Below are positions 1-14,382 of a stretch of 64,000 bases of DNA, one piece after another. Position numbers and translations under genes: made by a program. How positions within the stretch are numbered: position 1 is the stretch's first letter; each line of letters begins with the position of its first letter. The DNA is taken from assembly GCF_009914755.1 (NCBI RefSeq), contig NC_060947.1. The stretch is one strand, 5' to 3'. Below the pieces are notes generated by a model that saw nothing but the letters and a program-made list of their open reading frames with translations, searched no databases and was not told the origin of the DNA. This DNA comes from the human T2T-CHM13v2.0 reference genome, Homo sapiens.

Positions 1-211
<211 letters not shown>

Positions 212-1505
212 AAACATTTCATGGCAACAAACATTATTGAGCAACTACTGAGTGCTGGGTGCTAGGATGAGATCGAAGGGGGAAAAATTACCAGTGGATT
301 TTGCTTCTCCTACAAAAAGTTAAGTCATGTATCTATAACAGAGAAAGTGGCTGTGTTAAGGAAAGTGAGAGAACAGCTCAGGACTAGAGATGTTAAACAT
401 TCCAGCCAGCTGTGGAAGTCAAGTATCTGGAACTAATATCTTTCGGTGTCTTTGTTTCTGGCCCCAATGCCATCCATTTCCTTTTTTCCTGTTTTATTTA
501 GCACTTGCCTTCAACTGGCAGAAAAAAAAAAAAAAGCTTCTTGTGCAAAAGTCACTGAGACATTGTAAACGAAAGGGCCCACATCATTTGTGTGCATGGT
601 TGGACCCAAAACTGGCTTAGACACAAACACAGCAGATTATAGGCAGCCCCCACTGTATAACTTTTGGAAGATCCCATTCATGGGGTAAAAAGAACATTCC
701 AAGGCTTCAGTCCAGGTCCCAACACTAGAAGCTGCCTTTAGCCATAGAAGTCATCACCAATGCTTTCTGCTTTCTCTACTTGTTGGGGTGGGAATACTCC
801 TACTGCACCTGCCAGGGTAGCATGGCAGAGCTAAGCTACAACCCTGGAAGAATGTTTTTGTAGGTATCATGTTATCTGGAGTCTTGAGTTTTATAGATGC
901 CAAGTCCTACCTGTTCTATTTTCTTAAGCTGTTGGGCCTGCCCCTATACCACACAGCTGGCACCCCTAAGGAAGTACGTGAGGGAGTTCATCTCAGTCAA
1001 CCAGGCACCATTCAGATCTTTGGTCCTGAGCCATTTTTTGCTCTGCACTAATTTCCAGTATTTCTGACTTCTACCCTCATTTTTCATTGGCAGTCTCACC
1101 TTTATCCTACATTCCTCATGTTCAGTATTGCTTCCCCAGAAAACATCATTGGCTCCCTTTTTTTTACTAGTATCTAAACTCCCTTATCCTGTGGAGATGG
1201 GGCTTGATGAGGCTCTCATAGTGCCAAGAGTTGTTTGTGAGAGTATCCTGTGTATAGCTACAAAGGATGCTCAAATTGAGATGGTGTGCAGAGAGGAGAG
1301 GCAAGTGGGAACTCAAGGTCAATAAAGCAGAGAAAGGCATGAAAATGTGTCAGGAAGCTGGGTAGGCCATGAGGGGCAGTTATTGAAAGTCAAGCTATGC
1401 AGTTAGGGAATAGAGGCACAGTGAAATGAGAGTAAACATTAGCATATTGAAAGGTCAAACGAGCAAGAGGACAAGTCTAGCTGGATATCTGAAATGAGCA
1501 TTATG

Positions 1506-1808
1506 ATTATTATTATTATTGAGACAGGGTCTCACTCTGTCACCAAGGCTGGAATACAGTGGTGCCATCACAGCTCACTGCAGCCTCTATTTCCTGGGCT
1601 CAAGTGATCCTCCCATCTCAGTCCCTCGAGTAGCTAGGACCACAAGCAGGCACCACCATGCCAGGCTAATTTTTTTATTATTATTATTTTTGTAGTGATG
1701 GGGTCTTGCCATGTTGCCCAGGTTAGTCTTGAATTCCTGGGCTCAAGTGACCCTCTTATCTTGGCCTCCCAAAGTGCTGGATTTATAGGTATGAGCACCA
1801 CACCAAGC
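1506..1808 (-). mobile_element. Alu (AluJ-type)
   Basis: Reverse Alu GAGACAGGGTCTCACTCTGTC...CCTCCCAAAGTGCTGG with (TAT)n tail; AluJ-like CACAGCTCACTGCAGCCTC. Confidence 0.92.
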
Positions 1809-2511
1809 CTACCCAGGCATATTATTCATGGCCAATCTAATACCTCCTCCATCTATGGCATGGTACACAGGAGGACCTGATGGATTTAGACTGCCAAATG
1901 GCAAACACCACTGTATAAGGTAGGCTAGCCTACATTGTGCTAACTACCCACAATTTTAGTAATACACATTTCTATTTCATTCTTGCTACATGTCTTACAT
2001 GGGTTGCCATCTAGAAAGAGGTTGCTTACATTAATGGCTTACCAGTCATTAAATGCTCTGGCCTAGGAGTAACTCACATCACTTCTGCTCATGGTCCATT
2101 GGCCTGAGCTAATCCTATGGTCCTGCCCATCAATACTCCATGAGCGCTAATTTAGCCACAGGCAGCACTCAGATGATATCCATGGCTACACCAGGGCCTT
2201 GACATTGACATAGCCCCTCCATGAATGGCACTTTGTCCAGGTTCACTCCAGCTCCACACTTGGGTCTTGGACAGTAAAATTTCCAATACAACAGCCCATC
2301 TGCTGGCCACATATAACATTACTCTATGGGAAAACAAACTCTGGATTTTAACAAGCCATCTCACAAATAGACCTTGAAAGCTTGCCTATTAGTAAGTTGG
2401 AAATGGCCTTAGTGATCCTAAGCCTAGGATGATCATGTGGCAAAATTGTGCCACATGCGAGCAATGACAATTTATAATAACCTCTTTCTCCCATGGTCCC
2501 TCTCCCAGTGA

Positions 2512-3023
<512 letters not shown>

Positions 3024-3385
3024 TAATATTAATTTAGCTATCCCTTACCTTTAGGAATGTAGATGAACTCACCATCATTGGTTAGTGACTCAGGGCCAAT
3101 CACTAGAATGGAAGCTCTCTGAAAGCAGGGACTACTGTGTACCCTTTGGAATTTAGTAAGGGCTCAATAAATGCATGCTGACTGGATGAATGCCATAGTG
3201 AGTCACCAGTGAAGGCAGTACGGAGTGCCTCTTTTCACTCTCATACTCTTGGGTGTCATGTATGACCTGTTTCACTTTACTGCCAGTTGGGGCAGTGCAA
3301 GGGTACAAGTGACTTCACAGAGTTTCCTTCCATGCTTCTGCCCCACTCCTTTGGGTGGAGATTTCAGACTCAGGAGCAGCTTCAG

Positions 3386-3500
3386 TGTTTTGTTTGTTTG
3401 TTTTGATTTGTTGTTGTTGTTGTTGTTTGTTTGTTTTTTTGGTGTGTTTTTGTTTTGCTTCGTTTTGTTTGTTTGTTTGTTTGTTTGTTTGTTTGTTTTG
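3386..3500. repeat. (GTTT)n/(GTT)n low-complexity microsatellite
   Basis: Imperfect GTTT/GTT array seen directly. Confidence 0.9.
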
Positions 3501-4079
3501 CCTATGTCTGGTTGGCTAGTAAGGTACCAGTGCTCTGGAAATGACAGACTGAAAACCTGTTCTATTATTTCTTCTGTGAAATTTTCTTTTGATATAATCA
3601 TTTTGGGATCATGCATATTGTTTCAAGTACACATCTTCTAGTAGGTTGAGTTCAATGTCTGTCTCTTCCCCTTCCCTCATCCCCCACCTCACACCCACCA
3701 GACTGTAAACTACATAAAGGCAGGAATTGTGTCTATTTTTGTTTATCACTCTATTCCCAGCATCCAAAAGTAAGGCTGGCACAGAACTATTAAGCATTCA
3801 ACCAATATTTGTTGAATTGATTAATGAGTCCAGAGGTGGGTTACCCCTCACTCCTAGTTTATAAACCATGTTATACACAGAAGAGAAATCCTCTTTATTT
3901 GAGCTATGATCACTGGACACCAGACTTATTTAGTTAAGGTTGATCAAGCTGTACTGAAAGGACTTCACCTGGCAAGACAGGCTGAGCTCACTTTGGTTAT
4001 CCCATATGGGCCACTGGGAAGTGTCACTGGGATCTTAGAGAACAAGAATCCCAAATAACTTTCAACACATTAAGATTTA

Positions 4080-4387
<308 letters not shown>

Positions 4388-6239
4388 GTTAGATACCTCC
4401 TCCTATGATAATGATAGTGATTGCAAAAGTAATAATAACAATAACATTAAGTATCATTTATTGAGTGCTTATCATTTAAGGTGCCAAACTCCTTGCTAAG
4501 AGCTTTGCATGCATTGCCTCATTTAATCTTAACAACAGTATGAGTTCCTTCCTCTCCATGGCCTCAGTTTCTCCTGCAAGTAAGCAAGACACAACCCAAT
4601 GGCAGAGAGCAGAGAGCTGAGAAGGCAATAGCCAAGAGCTGCAGCAGAAAGATTCTCTGCTCCCCAGGAGCTGGTGACCGATTCCTTTGTCTGGCTTTGT
4701 TAATGAATTCCTTAATGCTGAAAGTATTAAAAATACATTGTCAATCTATTCAGTGCTGCCAAAAGGAAATACGTCCATTTCCCACTTACCATATTGGAGT
4801 TACTTCAAACATAATTCCTATATATTCCACTGGGAAACTATTTATTGAATAAATTCAGAAATTAACAGTTGGGCTATTTATGCCTCCCTGGCAGGAGATA
4901 ATTGTACATTGACAGGTAGATGATTTCTAGAGGCCTATGGACCTAGTGGGCAGATTTTAAGTAAATGGCCAACCTTCCCTTCCCTCCCCCCTCAGGCTCT
5001 TTCTGGAGAGAAAGGTGTGCTAGATGTGTCATGGAAACTTCCCGCTTGAACCTGCCTGTGTTTGCCCACCTGAGCCTCAGAGGTGTTTACCATATTGTGA
5101 GAGCTGTTATTGTGCTGTACACAAATGGAGCCCTCTTGTCTTCCACTTTCAGCATTTGATGAATTTGTTTTTGAGGCACCATCCTTCAGTACATTTCATT
5201 TGATTACTTTTCCCTTTGACTTACCTTTTTTCCAAAGCTTTCTCATTAGTCCTCATAGGAACCAAGACAAGGTGTACAATTTGGCAGCGAGGAAATTGGG
5301 ATTTAATAAGTCCCCTGCACAATCCAGCATGTCTACAAATAATTTGTAGGATTAGGCTCCCCAGCCTCATTTGGAACTGGATGCAGCTGACCTGAATAAT
5401 GAAAGTTATGAATCCCCTCCCAGCATTGCTTCATTAGAATCCCCTTACAAAATAAGAAATAAGACTCATCTCATCAGCTCGATTTTATGGCATCTGATTA
5501 GACCACTATTTTCTCAGCAGGTCCCTTTTCTTTAAACTGTTGACTATGGATGGCCTGCTGAATAGAATGAACTTTGGACCACTAAATTGCAGCATTATGG
5601 TTATTTTGTGTAATTTATGAAAAGCGGGAGAAGCCATGATCACTTACTTCTTGTTGCTAATGATATCACCATTTATCTGAACAGGTGTGGGTTTGGAATA
5701 TTCCTCCCACTCCCGATACTCAACCTGGAACACTGCCCAAGTAGAGACCCCAAAAATGATATTTGGAGGTACTGACTCTACAGATGGCAAATTAAAAATT
5801 AATGGCACCTGCACAAGTCTTCATGAATGTCTACTATCAGCAGCCTTTCAGGAAGCTATGCATTTTAACTGTGTTTACCTAATAAGTCCCTCTATTTGTT
5901 GTTTGACTTACAATTCAACAAATTTGGTGAAAGCCTAAGTGGGCTGTCAGTGTAACAACCTCTGTTAGTACATCATCATCTCCCTATTTTGAGATATAAG
6001 GCAAGGTGTTGAAATTATGTAGTAATTATTTCAAGCATTATGATTAAAGTGGTACAACATGCCAATCTTTTCTGGTTAGTGGGAAATCCACAGTCACAAC
6101 CACATTGCAAATGTAAAAGCTATCCTAAAACAAAGGCTACCTGAATCAGTGATCTTCCAAAATAGTGACTTATAAAGGCTGCAGATTATCTCTAGATGAT
6201 GGCTAGATGTGGTTTTCTCAAGCATCCAGGAGCCAAGAG

Positions 6240-6500
6240 ACCAGTGCAGTGAAGTGGTGAGCAAAGACATGCACTTCAGAGTAAGCCAGAGCTGGCATTG
6301 CATACTAGTTCTATCAGTTGATGGCTTTGCAACCTTGGGTAAGTTTTTACTCTTCTTGAGTCTTGGTCACCAATTTGGAAAAGAGGGATGCAAATGCCTC
6401 CCTCATTGGGCCATTTTAAGGGTTAAAGAAGAGAGCACATGTGAAGTGCCCTAGCACAGTGCCTGATTCACAGTAGACACTCAACAAATGTTAATGAATG
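6240..6500 (+). mobile_element. MIR SINE fragment
   Basis: MIR core-like ACCTTGGGTAAGTT...AAGTGCCCTAGCACAGTGCCTG...TAGACACTCAACAAATGTTA. Confidence 0.7.
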
Positions 6501-7059
6501 TTTCCTCTAGGGGAGCAAAGCCAAGCTTTAGGGGTCAAACTTACCTGACAGACTTTCTGGTCATCACAGGACATCTCAGGACATTTCCCAAACAAAAATA
6601 GTTTTATTCAATCCTCATTTTAGAAATTAGTATTAGAATGCCTAGGGAATGGATGATAGGGCAGGTGCATGACAAACTCAGCCTGAAGTCCAAACTACAA
6701 AGGGGTTTCTTTTCTGGATGAGGCTAGGCTCAAAGCTTTTTTTGTTTATGATCTACACTGAGACATTGGACCAGCACCTTTTGTTCAAGGTGACAGTAAC
6801 ATAAGCCTGCTCAAATAAGTAACATTTCCCTTTGCCACTGGCTCATTTGAGTGGAATGACAAAGTTTGCTTGCGTTTGTGTGGACAGACCCACACAACCC
6901 TGGCACTGATAAATATTCAGTATGTCTTTATGTTTTCACACTAAGCAGCACTGAAAAGTGGTCAACTTTTTGTTTGTTTTTTGTTTTAGAGAGACATCTG
7001 TAATCCTGCTGATGCTCATGTGCTGAAAACTATGACCGTACTCAATAAAGAAGGAGACA

Positions 7060-7120
7060 CAGTGTTACAGCTCTTTTGGAATTAGTCTAGCAGATTTCTC
7101 AGTTTTCACTGGAAACCCTT
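7060..7120 (+). pseudogene. U7 snRNA pseudogene
   Basis: CAGTGTTACAGCTCTTTTGGAATTAGTCTAGCAGATTTCTCAGTTTTCACTGGAAACCCTT resembles U7 (CAGTGTTACAGCTCTTTTAGAATTTGTCTAGTAGGCTTTCTGG...GGAAAGCCCCT); followed by a short A run; Sm site altered. Confidence 0.9.
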
Positions 7121-7959
7121 AAAAAGGTAGAGGAGAGAGAGGTGCGTGGAAGAGTGAGCACAAGAAAGGAGGCATCTTACAGTTTATAAACATCTGAACA
7201 CTGGAGCTCTATCAAGATTCTGTTTCAATCTCTATTTGACCACATACGTGCTCTTTCAAAGTTCTGTGTTTGAAGTTATGTTAGTAACAACTGATGCCCA
7301 TCCTGCAATGACAAATCCAATTCTCAGTGCAGCTCTCTGAAATAGTTTTGCTTTCTCTCTCTAGGTCTGTTCTATACTCCTAACTCTCCAGGAGTTTACA
7401 AGGAATAAAATCTCTTCCAAAAGCTTTCTGTTGCAACAACTGGACCATACTGAAAGCTGAGGCCCACAATTGCAATCTAGGTTAGCAGGTAATCATTGTT
7501 GGTGAGGTCCTCCCTTTCCCCAGGCTCGTGTTTGTATTGGGGAGCAGGAAATTTTTGCTAGAGCAGCACTGCCATCTCTCTACACTCCACCTGATTGGTG
7601 GGATGGACCAGAGAAATGGACATTCCCAACACAGTCCCTCCTTTCACATCTGCTCACCTGCCCACAGGATACTTTCCACCATGCATACTGGGCTCTGCAC
7701 CAACGATTCAGCAGTGATGAAGAGGAAACTTGAACCCTTCTCTCCAGGAGCTGACACCATTTAGTGAGGAGCCAGACAAATAAATAAAGAAGGAAATGCC
7801 ATTAAACGTACAGGATGACTATCACAGTGGTAAGAGGAATGAGGGAACACTCTGGGAGCATAAAGGAGGTGCATCTAACCAATTATCAACTGCATCATCA
7901 AGTATCAAGTCAGAAAGATTAGATTTCATAAACCTTGCCTCTAAGCACCAACCTGATGG

Positions 7960-8780
7960 TCACTCTGACAACACATATATTGAGCATCCTCTCTAGGTCA
8001 GACCTGGGCTAGGAGCTGGGGGGATATAAGGAAGACTAAGACATAGCCCATGCTCTTAAGGAGCTCACAGTCTAATGGAGAAAACCTCCAAATAAACTAA
8101 CACTTTCAGCGTAGTGCAGAGATGGGGTCATGCAAAAAGAACTATAGAAAAACAGAGGTGGGGCCCCTAACACAGTGTGCAGGTCAGAGAAGGCTACTCC
8201 GAGGAGATTAGTCCTGAGCTGGTTCTGAAGGGATGAATAGAGCTTAGCTGCTTGAAAAATATGGACAAGGTCAGTCCAGACAGAGGGAACTTCATGGTCA
8301 AGAGTATGGAGATGAGCCTGAGCATGGAGGTTGGGGAATGAGGCTTGAGCAATAAGCAGGGGTCAGAGAATGAAGGACCTTATATGCCATTCTGGGTATA
8401 ACTGGAAAACTTGGACTTGATCCTGTGTAAAATCAAATCAGATGTTGTGAGCCAGTGGGGGGCAATTCCAAAGACAGAGGTATAAGCCAGAGGGTGCCGG
8501 GCTATTACAGTCTAAGGGAGAAATGATGATGGCCTGAGCTAGGCCAGTAAGAGCAGCGAAAGAGAGCAGAGAGACACAGAGCTGTTTGGGAGGTAGATGG
8601 ATGAGTGATTGATCGGCTGTGTGGCTAAGGCAGAGGAAGGAGTTTATGATGACTTCCAGTTTTCCAGTTTGTGTCCTGCCAGAATTGGAGATACAGAAGG
8701 AGCAGGGGTAGCAGAGGCAGGAAGGGAAGAATGAGCTCGATTTTGGACATGTCAAATTTGGGGTCCTTCTGGGTCATCCT
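7960..8780 (-). mobile_element. L2 LINE fragments
   Basis: L2-like motifs (TATTGAGCATC...CCATGCTCTTAAGGAGCTCACAGTCTAATGG; TTTTGGACATGTCAAATTTG). Confidence 0.65.
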
Positions 8781-10756
8781 GGTATGAGTGGCTCCCAAAG
8801 AAAGTGATTTTGCAGAAGAAGTGATGCTTGCTACTTGCTCTCCTTTACTGATATAAATTTGAAGAGGGGACATATAATCTGGCAATTTCAAATAGACATA
8901 GAAAAGACATCAAAGCAGCCAGGAACCAAGCATTAAGAACTCTCTCATATAGAGAGTGAGCAAATAAACCTCATCAGACCAGCAGACTCTGCCAACATAC
9001 CCTGCATTTCCCTGTTTGATGTTCCTGCTATTCCAGTGCTGATGTCTAAGTAACTGTACCACAAAGTACACTGGGAAGGAGAACAAATGGCCAAAATTGT
9101 CTCAAGATCCCCTTTTCTTTTGACATGCACTATGACTTGTGGCAAATGGAAAATAAATAAACCCAAACATAAAAAAAGAATTGCAGGCCCATGTTCTTCT
9201 CAAGTGACTTTTAAGGGGAAACAAATGGAAATGTTCACTTTGCTCTTATTTGTATCACTTTTTAAAATAACTTTATTGATGTAGAATTCACATACTATAC
9301 AATAAAATCCTCTGATGTCACTCCTAAGATGGTATGGCTGTGAGCATGAGCACAGTCACCCTGAGATGATAGTGGTTTCAGCATGGCTCTGTTTGTCTTT
9401 TTCCTTGATACCTCTGTTAAGTTGTCTGCCTCCTTCTATTAAACTACACGAATTTCTGGCCGATTGCTCAATAATTTTTCAATAATTTTGGGGGTATACA
9501 TTGCTTCACAGTTTGATCCAATTACATTTAAGCAGGGGTAGCTTTATGTCGTGATTCTTTGAGGTTTGCTCTAACCCCAAGAAAACTCCTCTTAGCTGGG
9601 CCTTTCCCTGGTTCTCTCTGATAAACAAGATTGTCTGTGGTTAGGCTTTTTGCTCTGATAGATCTATCAGCCTCCCTTAATTGCTCACCATTAAAGTCTC
9701 CATCATTTTCTAGAGTATCCTTAGGCTTGAACTGCCACATACTCCTTCAAAGTCAGTTCCTTTGAGGAGAACTTCAGCTACATCTGTTCTTATGGACTGA
9801 CTCTCCCCCTGGGCAAAATCTCTGAGCCACTGCTTTGAGCATTGGGAATCTCTTGCCTTGCTGGGTTGCTTCTCCCAGTATGAAACCTCTGCTCTGCAAA
9901 CTAGCTGGAGTGAGAGTCATCAAGGCCCTAGTATTCTTGGCCTGTTGCACCTGGCCTATAGAGACAAGCCTAGTATATACACAAGGTCTGGGTGGAGGTA
10001 GGGAACACCCTACCTCTCAGCTGCACTCATCAGGAATTCAGCCTCTATCATTTGGAGTTGGAGAGAATGAGAAATGCTGGCAGCCAGATCCTCCTCCTGG
10101 GATGCCATATTTCTTGACTGGGATATGAGGGGAGAAAAAGCCCCATCTTCTTGACCACACCCACCCAGAGTGGAACTTCCACTAAGTTGAGCTTAGTGAG
10201 GGGCAGGTAAAAGGGAGCCACTCATGACTGAAATACCACAGACTCTTGCTGCTCTTGCTGAGATTTAGTAGATTTTCTTGAATAAATGTTTTACTTAATG
10301 GATGTCCCTAAGGTAATTTTTAGAGACTTTGAATGACTGATTTTTTAAGAACAATTTTCACCAATTATGATGGTTTCATTGAGAAGTATGTCCACAGTGC
10401 TATTCACACTGCCATTCTAGAAGTGAAACTCTTTATTACTTTTTAATCCATTATTTGTTTGTGTTTATGTAAACAAACTATTGACTTCTGAAATATATAT
10501 GGAGTATGGTTTGGGAAATAAGACCAAAAGGATATCTTGCTCTTCAGCTGGAAAAGTTCAAAAAAAGTGATGAAGAAAATAATGGAGAAAGCACACGAGC
10601 TACATGGCTTTTTCATGGTAAATGGAAAATACAAAGTGTGATCTCATAGATGACCGGGTTCCAAGCTGCATAATCCCCTTTATGCACAGAAGCATAAGGA
10701 ATAAATGGATTCTAAAGTAATTTGGAATAATTTTGCACATTTAAAACTATAACCTT

Positions 10757-10910
10757 ACCTAATGCTAGATGACGAGTTAGTGGGTGCAGCGCACCAGCAT
10801 GGCACATGTATACATATGTAACTAACCTGCACATTGTGCACATGTACCCTAAAACTTAAAGTATAATAATAATAAAAAAAAGAACAATGACAACAACAAT
10901 AAAAAAAAAA
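10757..10910 (+). mobile_element. Heavily 5'-truncated young L1 (L1PA2/L1PA3-type 3' end) with 14-bp TSD
   Basis: ACCTAATGCTAGATGACGAGTTAGTGGGTGCAGCGCACCAGCATGGCACATG...CCCTAAAACTTAAAGTATAAT; GAG rather than the L1HS-Ta ACA; TSD AAAACTATAACCTT at 10743-10756 and 10907-10920. Confidence 0.95.
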
Positions 10911-12656
10911 CTATAACCTTGCCAGAGATACTAGCGATGTAATTTTCACAAATGTAGTAAAAATCAATCAAGTCCAATCACTTGAACAGGATACTTGTAG
11001 TCCATTCTAACTCAACTTGTGCCCAAAGAGGAAAACAAGTAGAAGGAAAAGTATGGCCTTGTTACTTATTGATTTATGATTATTGTCAAATTATTCAATT
11101 ACTTTGTACCTCAGTTACCTCATTTATTTGTTGTCTGCATCAATTGAGAGAAATTACATGAAAATGCTGAGGAGTATTATATGAGAAATAAGGCCTTTAA
11201 AGCTAGGACAAGTTTCACATATCTTGAAATGACCTTATTTTATGAAGATGGAATACTTCTTCCTAAGAGGGGAAAATAAAGGAAAGCTGCTTTTTGCCTG
11301 TGAACTGAGTTTAACTCTATGAAAAAACTTCAAGAAATAACAAGGAGTGTAATAATAGTACTTTCAATCGAAGCTTGGTTAATGTCAAAACTAAGATGTA
11401 TTTCTTCTAAAACTCAACCAAAAGTCAATGCTGCATGGTTTAGCAATGAAGTACATGGGCTTGAGCCTGACTGCTTGGGCTTGGCTACTGGTTCAGCCAC
11501 TTTCTAGCCAAGAGACCTTGGGCAAATTACATAACCTCTACACACCCCAGTACAATGAGTTTAATACCTTATGGGTTGTTGTGAGGCTTTAATGAATTAA
11601 AAGATGTAAAGATGCATGAGCAATGCCTGGCACAGAGTAAGGAAGTGTGAGTGATGATGATGACGGTAGTTGGGAGATTTGTCCTTGTTGAAAGCTGTTA
11701 TCCTGCCCCAAATGAATCCTGTCAGATTTCCTAAAAATCTGCTGTCTTTCCTCCGAGAAGCATTATAGAAAGACAGTGGAGGAGGTGTCTCCAATGCAAA
11801 GTCATGGATCATCAAGATGGCCAATGTGAGAAAAGTCAAATCCGTTGTTCTGGGCATCAAGTTCCTAGAAATGTTGGAACTGACAGCATGTCTGATTCAG
11901 TGATGCCATTCAAGACATTTAGCCAAGGGTGATGCTCTAGGATGAAATTAAGAGGAAAATGACAAATAAACTATGGCAACTAATCAATACATAGCCCAGT
12001 ATGAAGCTAATGGTCCATTTCAAGAGCAGGAGCTGGCCTTTGCAGAGCCCGCCTTTTTTTGTGGTCAGAATTGAGTCTTGTTATAATCATGTTGAGAATT
12101 GCAGAGATTAGTACCCTGAAATCATTGACATTGCACTGTGAATATTTCTTTTCCCTTGTGTCCCTTAATAGTTAGAAAATCATATATATATAACTGTATA
12201 CAGTTATTGCAGTGATACTATTTTAATAATGTAGTATAATGAGATTCATTTGAAATTATACTGAAACTTTAAAATTGGGGAAGAGAGATAGACGACATTA
12301 TCAGAGCTATATATGGATTCCAGATTAAATAAAAGCAGAAATATATATCTTTTATCTTCAGATTCATCTGTCTTATAATAATTGTTACTTTAGTTCCAAT
12401 GTGCTTGTTAAGTCCAGCACCTCAGCCTAGTCTCCTTTTACAACCATTAACATCCTCTTGGCATGAAGTCCTGACATTTCCATCTTTTACTTTAAAACTG
12501 ATTTAGTGCTGTCAGTAATCTCCCGAAAGGATTGAGATCTGTGAGCTACCCAGAATGAGTGACTGTAGGTCAGGCCACTGATCCCATCAAGAGGCATCTG
12601 TGAGCTAAACATTAGGGGGTTTTGAGCACAGAACTAGGGGATCGAGGCGGTAGTTC

Positions 12657-12872
12657 AGGGTCTGCCAAACCACGGGCCAAATCTAGGCCATTGCCTGGTT
12701 TTATAAATAAAGTTTTATTGAAACACAGCTATGCCCATTTATTACCTATTTCCCATGATTGCTTTCACACTGCAATGGCAGTGTTGAGTAGTTGCAAAAG
12801 AGACCATGTGGCCTACAAAGCCTAAAATATTTGTTTTCTACTCCCCTAATAGGAAAATTTGGCCAACCCATG
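12657..12872 (+). mobile_element. MER58A (hAT-Charlie DNA transposon fossil)
   Basis: CAGGGTCTGCCAAAC...AAATAAAGTTTTATTGAAACACAGC...GTTGAGTAGTTGC...AAAGCCTAAAATATTT...TTTGGCCAACCCATG resembles MER58A. Confidence 0.85.
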
Positions 12873-13429
12873 CACTAGATGGTTGTCTGTAATTTAAAAT
12901 GTTCTAGCACATTTAAAGTTGCTGAACAGGAATCTAAAATAAGCTTAGCTATATTTGTTGCCTTGATTTGTTTGCTTATAGTCAACTGTAAGCAGATGTG
13001 GCATAAACTAATAATTGGGCATTTCTTGAAAGCAGCCGAAAGTGCTTGCTTCCCTGTGAGCCTTTACTAATGCAGTCCCCTCTGCCTGGAATGTCCAACC
13101 CCACCCCACCCTCTCTCTTTTTTTCCTGTCTATTTCCTGTCAGTTTTCAGAATTCTACCTAATTCAAGCCCTGTTTGTTAAGCCTTCCCTCACCCCAGAC
13201 CCCAGGCAAAAGGAACATTTCTCTCCTCTAGTTTCCAGAGCTCATGTTAAAGTCCTCTACCATGGCAGGCTCACATGAATTGTTGGTCCATCTACTCCAC
13301 TATGAACTCTGCAGGGGCAGTAGCAATGTTGCATTTATTTCCATAACCTAGCCTTATAAGACTCAGTCATTTGTTAAATCTAGGCTCGTCTTTTCCCTAA
13401 GTGATTTCCCTAAGCTTGTCCCCACATTG

Positions 13430-14090
13430 CACACCTCATTACTTGCCTCTTGGCTTCTACTCTTACCCTCTCTAGTCTGCAGTGAGAGTGAACTTCCCTC
13501 AGGATAAATCAGGTCATTTCACTCCTCTGTTCAAAACCCTACTCTAGCTTATACTTGGAATAAAATCAAAAGGTCTACTATAGCCTGCAGGGCCCTGCAT
13601 GACCTGATTCCTTGCCTGTCTCTCCACCATCATATACCTCTTACTGCTCTTTCCCATGCAAGCTGGATTCCAGGGACACTGACTTCTTTGCAGTTCCTCA
13701 AACACTCCAAGCATGCTTCTGCCTCAGGATCTTTGCATTTACTATTCCATCTTCTTGGAATACTCTTCCCCAGGTAGTTACATAGCTTGCCCCCTTACTT
13801 CATTCAACTTACCGCTCTGATATCACCTCCTCAAAGAGGCCTTCATTCTTGGAAGAAACAAAATAGCCCTTTTTGTCACTGTCTGTTCTCTTAAATTTAT
13901 ATTGCTTCATAGCCCTTATTACTTCCCATTAAATTTATTTGTTTACCTGCCTTCCTCAGCAGAATACAAACTCTATGAGGTTAAGAACACTGTCTTGTTT
14001 GCTGTTCTCTCTCTCTCTCTAGCGTTTGAAACAGGGCCTGGCGTCTAGTAGAGGCCCAATTACCATCTGTTGAATACAAATGAATGGAAG
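13430..14090 (+). mobile_element. L2 LINE 3' region
   Basis: TGCCTCAGGATCTTTGCATTTACT...; ends with TGTTGAAT..AATGAATG L2-type tail. Confidence 0.7.
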
Positions 14091-14382
14091 TCTGTTGATT
14101 CTGGCATAAGCACCGCACTGTTTTCATCATTTAAGTGTTATAATGTGTACTAATATTACTTTGTAATGAATATGAAAGTCTGTTTAGAAAGGCATGGGTT
14201 TTAAGAGGAGACAGATATTGGTTCAAATTCTGGCTCTATCAGGTGGTAGTTGCATGGCCTCGGTCAAGTGGTTTGACCTCTCTGGGCCTTAATTTCCTTG
14301 GAGTTAATCAGGGGATAATCATCCCCTCCACACAGGGTTATTATAAGGAATAAATGAGATAATACACGTATTGTGAAATTGT

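Noticed and set aside
3225-3641. 138-aa hydrophobic, membrane-like ORF
   Set aside because: Hydrophobicity comes from the (GTTT)n microsatellite
10757-10870. Active L1HS-Ta insertion
   Set aside because: Has GAG rather than ACA and TTAAAG rather than TTAGAG at the diagnostic 3'UTR positions
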